Below, one piece after another: positions 10,339-20,006 of a stretch of DNA of 64,000 bases; position 1 is the stretch's first letter; each line of letters opens with the position of its first letter. The notes beneath the pieces were generated by a model. That model was not told where the DNA came from and did no database searches. It was given only the letters and a program-made list of their open reading frames with translations. The position numbers and the translations under genes were made by a program. Source of the DNA: an uncultured Chloroflexia bacterium (GTDB lineage: Bacteria > Chloroflexota > Dehalococcoidia > DSTF01 > JALHUB01); the NCBI GenBank assembly GCA_963726245.1, contig CAVSBT010000019.1, positions 64,001 through 128,000 on the forward strand. Reading direction: 5' to 3'.

Positions 10339-10548
10339 CCTCGGGTCCTTTCCGGCCGCCCGGCCTGGGCCTAGGCTTTAGGACAGTATCTCCGAGAAAC
10401 CACAGGGGACATAAGCGCCATAAGACTCGCCTGCGGCGTAAGACAGGCCCGAAAAGCGGGGGCCGAACGGACTGGAAGGGCTAGCCATTCGGTCGCCGCC
10501 GCTTTGCCTGCTGGCGGACGGCGACCGGGGCCACGAGGGAGGCCGAAC

Positions 10549-11223
10549 CTAGGCCTCCTTCTCCTCACCGTTTTTCCGCAGGCCCTTGCGGGCGATGAAG
10601 GCGGCGGCTTCGGCTCGACGGCGCAGGTTCAGCTTGCTGAGGATGCTGCTGACGTAGTTCTTGACCGTCTTATCGCTGAGGAAGATCTCCTCCGCGATCT
10701 CCTTGTTCGTCTTGCCTTCGGCGATGAGGAGAAGGATCTTCTGCTCCTGGTCTGAGAGGCTGGCCAGGCTGTCGTCGGGCCGGCGGCCGCCCAGGCTGCG
10801 CACCCGCTCCAGCACCTTTTGAGTGACAGCCGGGTCCAGCAGAGAGCCGCCGTCGGCCACCGCCTCGATGGCTTCCGCCAGAGCCTGCCCCCGCGTCTGC
10901 TTCAGGAGATAGCCCGCCGCGCCGGCCAGGATCGAGGCGAAGACAGCCTCGTCATCGGCGTAGGACGTGAGCATGATGACCTTGGTATCCGGATACTCCT
11001 GCCGGATCTCGCGACAAGCCTCCACGCCGCTACCGTCGGGCAGCCGCACGTCCATGATCACCACTTCCGGGCGGAGCCGAGACGCTTCCTCGATCGCCGT
11101 GGCGACGGTGCCTGCCTCTCCTACCACGTTGATGCCCTCGCGCCGGTTCAAGAGGGAGCGCAGCCCCTCCCGCACGACTTCGTGGTCGTCCACGATGAGC
11201 ACTCTCAGAGGTCTGTCAGTCAT
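10549..11223 (-). CDS. NarL/DevR-family response regulator (REC + LuxR HTH)
   Basis: VDDHEVVREG, MDVRLPDGSG, TNKEIA..LSDKTVKNYVS. Confidence 0.93.
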   Translation of the reverse strand: MTDRPLRVLIVDDHEVVREGLRSLLNRREGINVVGEAGTVATAIEEASRLRPEVVIMDVRLPDGSGVEACREIRQEYPDTKVIMLTSYADDEAVFASILAGAAGYLLKQTRGQALAEAIEAVADGGSLLDPAVTQKVLERVRSLGGRRPDDSLASLSDQEQKILLLIAEGKTNKEIAEEIFLSDKTVKNYVSSILSKLNLRRRAEAAAFIARKGLRKNGEEKEA

Positions 11224-13062
11224 TGTTGTCCCTCCATACTACCCATGGGGACCTCCACCACCACAGTTGTGCCCTTCCCGGGGGAGCTCTCCAGCGAGAG
11301 ATGCCCTCCGAGACTCTGGGCCCGCTCCGCCATGTTGCCCAGGCCCCTGTGCTCTGGCTCGGCGCCGCGTCCCGGCGCAAAGCCGATCCCGTTGTCGGAG
11401 ATGGCCAGCCGGAGAAGGCCGTTCCGCGTCGTCACACGCGCCTCTACCGCCGACGCGCGGGCGTGCTTCTGCACGTTGGCCAAGGCTTCCTGTGCTATGT
11501 GGAAGAGATTGCTGACCTGGTCTCCCGTCAGTGTCGCGCTCAGATCCCGGCCGCCGTCCACCACCAGGTTGGCTTCGATGAGGCTGTTGACCCGCAGCTC
11601 CCGGACGAGGGTGGACAGGGCGTCCGTAAAGTCCGAGGACTCGAGGGCGCCGGGGCGCAGGTCAAAGATGTAGTTGCGGATGTCCTTGATAACCTGGTTG
11701 AGGTCGTTGATGGCCTTGTCCAGCCGCGCCCGCACGTCCTGGGGCTGATCGAACACCTCCTCGGTGCACTCCTCCAGGTTCAGGCCCACGGCGTAGATCG
11801 ACTGAATGACGCCGTCGTGCAGGTCCATGCCGATGCGCTGGCGCTCCTCCAGCACCGCCAGGGACTGTACCCGTTCGTAGAGGCCGGCGTTCTCGACGGC
11901 GATGGCCGCCAAATTGGCGAAGGCCTGGAGCAACTGCGCGTCGTGCTCCGAGAAGTGGGTGGGCGTCCGGTTGGCCACGTCAAGGACTCCCAGGAGTTTG
12001 CCCTTGGCAGCGAAGCGGGCCGCGATGAAGGAGATCAGCCCTTCCTCCACGATCTCGGGGATGGGCGGCGCGGTGCGCCGGTCGGTCAGGTAATCCTTGA
12101 TGATGGCAGGGCCTTCCTCTTCTGTCGGCGGCTCAGGCGCGGTCTGGCTGACGGCGATCCGGAGATTGCGAACGGCCGCGGTGCGGAGGCCCACGGACGC
12201 GGCCATGACCAGCTCGTCCCGGCTGGGTGAGAGCAGGGTGAGCATGGCGGTGTCGGTCCTGAGCAGCTCCTGGGCCTGCTGCACCACCGTCTCCAGCAGG
12301 GCGTGCAGGTCGAGGCTGGCGGCCACCTGCTCGCCCAGCTCGAAGACGCTCCTCCACTCCTGGGCGCGGCGCCGCTCCTCCTGGTAGAGGCGCGCGTTCT
12401 CGATGGCCACTGCCGCCTGCGCGGCGAAGAGGGTGACGGCGTCCTGGTCCTGCTGGCTGAACTCGGCGCCGCCTTCCTTCTCCGTCAGGTACAGGTCGCC
12501 GATGGTGCGCCCCTTGTAGACGATGGGAAGACCCAGCAGGGTGCGCATCACGGGATGGTTCGGAGGGAAACCGGCCGATTGGGGATGGGCGCTGATGTCG
12601 GCCAGGCGCAGCGCCAGGCCCTCGCGCATGATGAGGCCTAGCACTCCTTTACCCTCGGGAGGGTGCCCGATGCGCTCTCGCTCTTCGGCGCTGATGCCGG
12701 AGGTGATGAACTCCCGGATCCGGCCCTGCTCGTCGAGAACGCCCAGGGCCCCGTAGCGCGCCTGTGCCACCTGGCGGCTGAGGTCCACCACCTTCTGCAA
12801 GACGGCTTCCAGCGACAGCTCAGAGGTGAGGCTGAAGCTGGCCTCGTTGAGGGCCGCCAGGCGCGCCTGAGCGTCCTCCACGGCCCGAAAGATGAGCCTG
12901 GAGAAGAACACGGCGCCCAGGAGGGTTACGGCAGCCGCCATCAGAGCAGCCAGCCAGGGCGCAGTCAGGGGTTCGACGACGGTCACCGTGACCGCTTCGA
13001 GGGTCAGTAGAAAGGCCGCCGGAATGACGATAGTGGCCCAGCGCAGACGAGAGAACTTACAC
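11220..13062 (-). CDS. DevS/DosS-like sensor kinase (2 TM, 2 GAF, HisKA_3, HATPase); start approximate
   Basis: ARYGALGVL GAF, ERQRIGMDLHDGVIQ, EALANVQKHA, DNGIGF, GLGNMAERA; SD AGGAAGG before GTG at 13062 with a probable 1-nt indel. Confidence 0.88.
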
Positions 13063-13185
13063 CTTCCTTCTTGATCGCGCGCGCAGCTTCGCGATGTCAT
13101 TATACAACAGCAGCCGTATCTGAGGCCCCTGGCGCGAGCATCGGGGCTAGGCCGAATGGCCCTCGCAGATTGGTACGGACGGCCC

Positions 13186-13214
13186 TTAAAGTTGGTGAGA
13201 GTTGTCACTAAAGT
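13186..13214 (+). promoter_or_regulatory. Putative sigma-70 promoter with GTGA-N6-TCAC palindrome in the spacer
   Basis: TTAAAG-N17-TAAAGT; GTGAGAGTTGTCAC within the spacer. Confidence 0.35.
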
Positions 13215-13220
13215 GTTGGC

Positions 13221-13544
13221 ATAGCGGTGGGCCCTCAGAAGCCCACTCGCGTAGAAGCGTCTCCCTCCCTCCGCGGGTCGGGGCGCCCTTACGGGTTGAC
13301 GTACCGCCGCTGGCCCCGAGGACGCCCCGGCCACAATAAGCGGAGGTTTGACGATACGGCGAGAACGGCTTACAAGAGTAGCAGAGGAGGCTTCGCTAGG
13401 CTGCTACTGAGTTGAACCCCTCGGCTGGATTGGCCGGTTGGCATGGGGTCCGGCTCCCAAACTAGTCTCCCTCCCTCCGCTGGTCGGGGTGTTTTCGCGG
13501 GCTGAGCCGCCGCTGGCTCCGAGGACGCCCCGACCACACTTTTT
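13221..13544 (+). ncRNA. Candidate tandem structured sRNA with two CUCCCUCCCUCC modules
   Basis: Two diverged copies of GTTGGCAT-hairpin-GTCTCCCTCCCTCCGC-long hairpin; second ends in a T-tract; no credible ORF. Confidence 0.5.
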
Positions 13545-14021
13545 GCCCCAGATTGCGTCAGCGACCCCAACGGCCTCGACGAGGACAACGACGGGACACC
13601 GTGTGAGAGCCTGTGTAGGTGAGCAGCAGGCGGTGTGGCATAGCACACTAAGAGTACATGGTGCCTCAAGGCTGGCCCATATACCCTTCAGAGTCAACCG
13701 CTTCCAGATACGGATGGGGTTTTGGCACCCCACAGGCGGTCAGGGGTAGAAGCGCCCCCGAAGGTTAACGCTGCTTCGCCTATTCACCCTCTCTCTGAGG
13801 CGACAGCGGCTCACCCCCACAATCGAGAGCCCCAGGCCTTGGGGCTGGTGTTGCTGATCCCGTGGACGCCGCTTCCGACGGCACCGATTGTGCGGCCAAG
13901 GGATCGGCTGGCTGGCCTGCACCCTGTGGCAGTGCAGGAAGGAACAGGGTAGACTAAGCCGGATCCTGCGTGGAGCGGGGGATAGGTCTCTGGGCGGCGC
14001 AGGCAAGGGGGGTGTTTGACG

Positions 14022-15342
14022 ATGCTGCCAAGATTCCGACGCGGATTCCTTCTCGCAGCCGTGCTCCTCGTCGCTGGTCTCCTCCTGTTGAGCTGCGGTG
14101 GGGGAGAGAAGGAGGCCGCTGAGACGCCTGTGTCGACAACCGGCACTGAGACGCCGGGCTCTCAGAAAGTGCCGGGTGTGACGGACACGGAGATCTTGAT
14201 TGGGGCCAATTTCCCGCTAAGCCAGTCGCCGGCGTCGGCGTATGCCGTCATCGCCGACGCCATGCGGGCCTACTTCGACTACATCAACTCGCAAGGGGGC
14301 ATCTACGGCCGAAAGATAAGGTTCATTGTTGGGCGATGACCACTACAACCCGGCCGATGCGGTCGAGGTGGTGCGAAAGCTCGTCGAGCAGGACCAGGTT
14401 TTCGCTATCGTCGGTGGCCTCGGCGACCCGACCCAGCTCGCCGTCATAGACTATCTGGAAGAGAAAGGCGTGCCCGACCTCTTCCTGGGCGGCGGCATCG
14501 TGAAGTTCACCGAGCCCGTGGTGAAGACGCGCTTTGCCATGACGTTGGACTACGGGACAGAAGTGAAAGCAATGGTGGACTACCTCAAGAAGAACTATGG
14601 CGGGAAGAGGATGGGCATCATCTATCAGAGCGATACAGCCGGCACCTCCAGCATGGAGATGATGACCGAGGCACTGAAGGACAGCGACATCGAGATCGTC
14701 TCCAGGCAGTCATACGACTTTGTCCAGTGCGACCTCACCGCGCAGATGCAGCGGCTAAAGGCCGACAATCCCGACTTTGTTGACCTCATGGCTAACCCGG
14801 GCGCGGCCGCTAGCGCGATCAAGGTAGCGCGAGAGGTTCTCAATTGGGACGTACCTTTTGTCTCCAGCGCCGTTTCCGCCGTTGAGTTCACGATAGCCCT
14901 GGCGGGCGCCAAGAACGCTGAGGGTACTGTCAGCCTGACCACCGGCAAAATGATATCGGAGACGGACGACGCCGGCGTGCAGCGCCACATCGAGATCATG
15001 AAGCAGTTCGCTCCTAACGTGGCGCCGAGCTCTCTGACCGAGTACGGCATGACTGTCGCCGAACTCTTTGTTCAGGCGCTGAAGAACGCCGGCCCGAACC
15101 TGACCCGGGAGAGCATCGTGGAGGGCGCCGAAAGCATTCGCGACTTCTGCTGCCTCACTTGCGTGGCGCCTGTGAACCTCAGCCCAACCGATCATCGAGC
15201 GTCAGAGACTATGTGGTTCGAAAGGGTCGAGAACGGCAAGTGGGTGCGGTTTGGCGAGCCCGTGAGCTACGAATCGACGCCCGGCAAAGTCGTCGCCTGC
15301 AAGGGCGCGGGAGAGCCCGTTTACGCCGGCGGAGGGGAGTGA
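14022..15342 (+). CDS. ABC substrate-binding lipoprotein, branched-chain/Leu-binding type (frameshift near 14330)
   Basis: Lipobox LLSC, PGVTDTEILIG, GGIYGRKI..GDD.YNP, LVEQDQVFA. Confidence 0.85.
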
Positions 15343-15422
15343 CAGCGGTCGAGGCCGATTCGGCGAACGGTAGAGGTGAGGGAGTGACTGACCGAGCGGC
15401 GAGGGCAAAGGGGTGTGTAACA

Positions 15423-16736
15423 ATGCTACCAAGATTTCGACGTGGATTCCTTCTCGCGGCCATACTGACCGCCGGTCTCCTGGTCTTGAGCTGCGGCGGA
15501 GGGGAGGAGGCCAGCAAGACGCCTGAGGCTACCCAGCCTGCGGGCGCTCAGACGCCGGGCGCGGAGAAGGTGCCGGGCGTAACGGACACCGAGATCATAC
15601 TGGGGGCCCATTTCCCCATCAGCCAGACGCCGGCGGCGGCCTACGCGCCCATCGCCGACGGCTTGCGGGCCTACTTCGAGTACGTCAACTCCCAGGGGGG
15701 CATCTACGGCCGCAAGATCAAGTTCCTGGTGGGAGATGACCACTTCAACCCGGCGGACGCAGTCGAGGTGGTGCGCAAGCTGGTGGAGCAGGACGGCATC
15801 TTCGCCATGGTCTCCGGCCTGGGTGACGCGCCCCACGCCGCCGTCTGGAAGTATCTGGAGGACAACGGCGTCCCTGACATGTTTGTGTCCGGCGGCCTCG
15901 ACAAGTGGACGGACCCGCTGGTAAGGACCCGTTTCCAGGGCAACACAAACTACGGTACCGAGGGGAGGATGCTCGGCAAGTATCTCGTCGAGAACTACGA
16001 CGGGAAGAAGCTTGCCCTGCTGCTGGAGAACGACGAGTTCGGAGATAACGGCAAGGAAGCAATCCTCGAGGGCATAAAGGGCAGCGACATCCAGGTCGTG
16101 GCGGAGGAGAGGTACGAGACCACCCAGTGGGACGTGACCGCCCAGGCGCAGCGGTTGAAGGCGGCCAACCCCGACGTTATCTTCGTCCAGGCCATCCCGC
16201 CGCCCGCCGCCAGTCTGGTCAAGGCAGCCCGCGAGACCCTGAGCTGGGATGTGCCCATCGTGGTCACGGGCGTCGTCCAGACAGACATATTCATCCAGTT
16301 GGCGGGCCCGCAGAACGCGGAGGGTGTGGTCAGCGTGGTTTTCCTTAGGCAAGTCTACCAGACGGATGACCCCGGGATCCAGCGACACATCCAGATCATG
16401 AAGGACTTCGGCCAGGGCGTGGAGGCGTCCAACTTCACCCTCTACGGCGCCGCCATGGGCGAGCTCATGGTGAAATCCCTGGAGAACGCGGGGCCGAACC
16501 TGACCCGGGATAGCCTGACAGACGGCGCCGAGGCCATCCGCGACTGGTGCTGCACATTGTGCCTGACGCCTGTGAACATGAGCCCCACCGACCACCGTCC
16601 CTTTGAGATCGAGGTCTACAACAAGGTGGAGAACGGGAAGTGGGTGCCGTTCGGCGAGCCGGTGAATTTCGAGTCCACGCCGGGCAAGGTCATCAGCTGC
16701 AAGAACGGGGGCGAGCCCGTCTACGCCGGCGGGTGA
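15423..16736 (+). CDS. ABC substrate-binding lipoprotein, paralog of the upstream gene
   Basis: Same signal peptide MLPRFRRGFLLAA, lipobox VLSC, same core motifs. Confidence 0.88.
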   Translation: MLPRFRRGFLLAAILTAGLLVLSCGGGEEASKTPEATQPAGAQTPGAEKVPGVTDTEIILGAHFPISQTPAAAYAPIADGLRAYFEYVNSQGGIYGRKIKFLVGDDHFNPADAVEVVRKLVEQDGIFAMVSGLGDAPHAAVWKYLEDNGVPDMFVSGGLDKWTDPLVRTRFQGNTNYGTEGRMLGKYLVENYDGKKLALLLENDEFGDNGKEAILEGIKGSDIQVVAEERYETTQWDVTAQAQRLKAANPDVIFVQAIPPPAASLVKAARETLSWDVPIVVTGVVQTDIFIQLAGPQNAEGVVSVVFLRQVYQTDDPGIQRHIQIMKDFGQGVEASNFTLYGAAMGELMVKSLENAGPNLTRDSLTDGAEAIRDWCCTLCLTPVNMSPTDHRPFEIEVYNKVENGKWVPFGEPVNFESTPGKVISCKNGGEPVYAGG

Positions 16737-16963
16737 TGCCGGCTAAGGTGGCGGGCGGACTTCCCAGGGTAGCTTCAGACGAAGTGCCGCGGGGGTGCGA
16801 GGGCTGATGCCTCTCACGATGGGATCGGGCATAAATGACGACTACTATTGCCTCCCCACAGGTCGCATCTTCGGTCCACACAACCTGGATTCAATGGACT
16901 CCCACGCGCAACAGGCGGCACAGTAGCGCCACGCCAGGTGGCGGGCTCGGGCATAGCACACTA

Positions 16964-17470
16964 TGGCGGATGCGCGCGCGGTGGCGCTCCTGGTGCGACA
17001 GGAAGCCTCTACACTCCCCCTCGTCCATGCGGAGGACGACACGGCCGTTCTCGACCTTCTGACGAGCGAGCGTGAAGGCGCCATCGCCGAGGCCAAACGC
17101 TTGCGGAACCGAGATCCACGCCCTGCTGTTGCAGACCGACTTCGAGTACCGTGCCTACCTGCCCACGCTCAAGTCTCAGGCCGCCCTCGACACCCTCGAG
17201 ACCTACAGGGCTGCCGGCAGCAACCCCCTCCAAGCGCAGCGTGCCGCGGCGATACGCAGGCTCACTCAGCGCCTGCGACTAGCGCTGTCGCAGGCCGAGG
17301 AGTTGGCTCGAGCAGATCAAAGACCTCGCCGGGAGGCGCTTTTCGCCTTGACCAACCTGTGCGGTGTCAACCTCATCACCGCCGGGACCTTGGTGGGTAT
17401 TCACGGGCCCGGTGATCGGTTCGCCACTGACGCCCAGCTGGCCGCCTATGCCGGCGTGGCGCCCCTGGAG
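16964..17470 (+). pseudogene. IS110-family transposase internal fragment
   Basis: DARAVA (end of DEDD domain), RLRN.IHALL, GVNLITAGTL..RFATDAQLAAYAGVAPLE; both ends missing, frameshifted. Confidence 0.75.
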
Positions 17471-17503
17471 CAAATAGTGGGGGCCGCCCTCAGCGGGCGC
17501 ACA

Positions 17504-19238
17504 CTAGTAGCTCCGGTATCGGGTGGCGATGGGCAGGCGGCGGTCGCGGCCGAAGGCGCGAGGGGTGATCTTGACGCCGGGCGGCGCCTGACGGCGCTTG
17601 TACTCGTTGCGGTCCACCATGATCATCACCCGCCGCACCGTCGCCTCGTCGAAGCCCTGAGCCACGATCTCCTCCAGGCTCCTGTCCTCCTCCACGTAGG
17701 CCAGGAGGATGGGGTCCAGGACCTCGTAGGGGGGCAGGCTGTCCAGGTCCAACTGGCCGGGACGTAGCTCGGCGGTCGGCGGCTTGTCGATGACGCTCTG
17801 GGGGATGACCGGGCCGCCATCGCAGCGGTTGCGGTAGTGGGCCAGCTCGTAGACCAGGGTCTTGGGCACGTCCTTGAGGACGGCGAAGCCGCCCGCCATG
17901 TCGCCGTAGAGGGTGGAGTAGCCGGTGGCCATCTCGCTCTTGTTGCCGGTGGTCAGCACCAGCCAGCCGAACTTGTTCGAGATGGCCATCAGAATGTTGC
18001 CCCGGATGCGGGCCTGCAGGTTCTCCTCGGCTATGCCCTCCTCAGTGCCTGCGAAGGGCTCCGCCAGCATTTGGAGCGAGGCGGCGAAAGCCCCCTCGAT
18101 GGGAACCGATAGCAGGCGCAGTGCCGAGGTTGCCGGCCAGGGCGGCGGCGTCGGTGCGGCTCCCCTCCGACGAGTAGCGCGAGGACATGGAGACGCCGAC
18201 CACGTTCTCGGCGCCGAGGGCATCCGCCGCGATCACCGCCACCAGGGTGGAGTCGATCCCGCCGGAGAGTCCCACCAGCACCTTCTCGAAGCCGTTCTTG
18301 CGCACGTAGTCCCGCGTCCCCAGCACCAGGGCGGCGTACACCTCCGCCGCCGGCTCCAGCGGCGTGCACTCGGCAGGCGGCAAGGGGGGCCTCTTGCCGG
18401 TCGCGCGCTTTGGGGACACATCGATAGTGGGCGACAGGCCCGATGCCGCCGCCGACAGCTTGTCCTTGCGTCGCCGGGGGTCATGGAGGCGGACCTGCCG
18501 CACCTCCTCCAGGTTCAGGTCGCAGACCAGAAGCTGCTCCTCGAACTGGCGGCAGCGGGCCAGCAGGTCGCCGCGGGGGTTGAACACCATGCTTCCGCCG
18601 TCGAACACCAGCTCGTCCTGGCCGCCGACCGGGTTGAGGTAGCAGAGGAAGACCGCGTTGTCGCTGGCGCGAGTGGAGAGCATGCGCTCCCGGAAGTCGC
18701 GCTTGCCGGCGTGGAAGGGCGAGGCGGTGATGGTGACGATGACCTCGGCGCCGCCGAAGGCCTCGCTGCGGGCGGGGTCGCCCGGGTACCAGATGTCTTC
18801 GCTGATAGTGAGGCCGACGCCCGCGCCGGCCACCCGGAACACCGGCGACTCTCTGCCGACCTGGAAGTAGCGATTCTCGTCGAAGACGCCGTAGTTGGGG
18901 AGGTACTGCTTACGGTAGACGCCCGCCAGTCGACCGTCATGTATCACGGCGGCGGCGTTGTAGATGTCATCATCCTGGTCCACGAAGCCCACCACCAGAG
19001 TGAGGCCGCTGGTGGCTGCCGCGACCTTCTCCAGGGCCTGCAGGTTGTCGTCGATGAACCGCTGTCGTAGGAGAAGGTCCTCCGGGGGATAGCCCGTGAT
19101 GGCCAGCTCGGGGAAGCAGAGCAGGTCCACCCCCAAGTCGCGGCCGCGCGCCGTGTACTCGAAGATCTTGGCCAAGTTCCCTTCGAGGTCGCCCACGGTA
19201 GGGTTGATCTGAGCCAGACCGACCCGCAGGACTCGCAC
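17504..19238 (-). CDS. nadE: Two-domain (glutamine-dependent type) NAD+ synthetase, frameshift near 18120
   Basis: [26 protein letters not shown] nitrilase domain; [23 protein letters not shown] synthetase domain. Confidence 0.92.
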
Positions 19239-19340
19239 CGGCTTCTCTCCCTTGCCTGCACTCTTTTCGTCATTATCGGTTCCCCTCGAAGGGCGGGTCA
19301 AGCTAGCGAGCCGGGCGGACGTCGTGGCTAGCCTGCCTGT

Positions 19341-19537
19341 AGGGCTGCCGTGGCTCTCTTCAGGCCGACCCCGCACGCTTGAGTTGCCGCCTCGACGCAC
19401 CACGGGTCATCTTGCCAAGGATGACCCCCTGCTCAACCTCTGCTGGTACCTGGGGCCGACGTTCTCTCCCCTTACGCTTGCGGTTTCGGGCCCAGCCACA
19501 GGGTTTGTGGCGGGCGGCTTCTTCATGGGGCAGCCCT
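19341..19537 (-). ncRNA. Candidate ~200-nt multi-stem RNA upstream of nadE (family unassigned, strand uncertain)
   Basis: Perfect 9-bp closing stem AGGGCTGCC/GGCAGCCCT with nested helices GGGTCATC/GATGACCC, TTGAG/CTCAA, GCCACA/TGTGGC. Confidence 0.4.
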
Positions 19538-19734
19538 CAGGGGACTGAGTACTGCCACAACCGATGATCTAGACACAGGCCCCGGATACCGGGGCCTGCG
19601 ACTTTCCGCTCTGGGTTGGCGCCCGCCTTTTCTTGTGCAGCCCAGCAATCCACGTCCCACCGGCGATCGTAAAATATAGTGAGGAGGAGAGAAAGCAAGG
19701 TCGCACTCACCGCCTCCTTGGTTAGCCCCCGTCC

Positions 19735-19792
19735 CCAAGCACCCTTGGGCGCGTTCCCCGCCACCAGCGCGCGTCCAAGGGTGCTTGGTTTT
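19735..19792 (+). terminator. Long hairpin followed by T-tract, downstream of selC
   Basis: CCAAGCACCCTTGG...CCAAGGGTGCTTGG-TTTT. Confidence 0.55.
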
Positions 19793-19806
19793 GTGCTCGA
19801 ATCTGT

Positions 19807-19904
19807 TGGCGGGAGTGGGAGGGAGTCGAACCCACCCAGGACGGCGCTGACCGCCCCGCAACGGTTTTGAAGACCGCGAGGCCCACCGGAACCCATCCAC
19901 TCCC
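19807..19904 (-). tRNA. selC: tRNA-Sec (anticodon UCA)
   Basis: 98 nt, extended acceptor stem GGGAGTGG/CCACTCCC, anticodon loop CT-TCA-AA, long variable arm, GGTTCGACTCC T-loop, encoded CCA. Confidence 0.96.
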
Positions 19905-20006
19905 GCGCCCCACACGGAACCTGGGAACAATGGAACCTTGGGACCGCAGCGCACCGAGAACTGGTTCCAAGGTTCCAAGGCTCCACGGTTCCAGCCAACG
20001 GCTATT

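Noticed and set aside
13215-13544. CRISPR array
   Set aside because: Only two long diverged units with internal structure, no regular repeat-spacer period and no cas genes
19560-19807. Integrative element at the selC 3' end
   Set aside because: No integrase and no duplicate of the tRNA 3' end in the window
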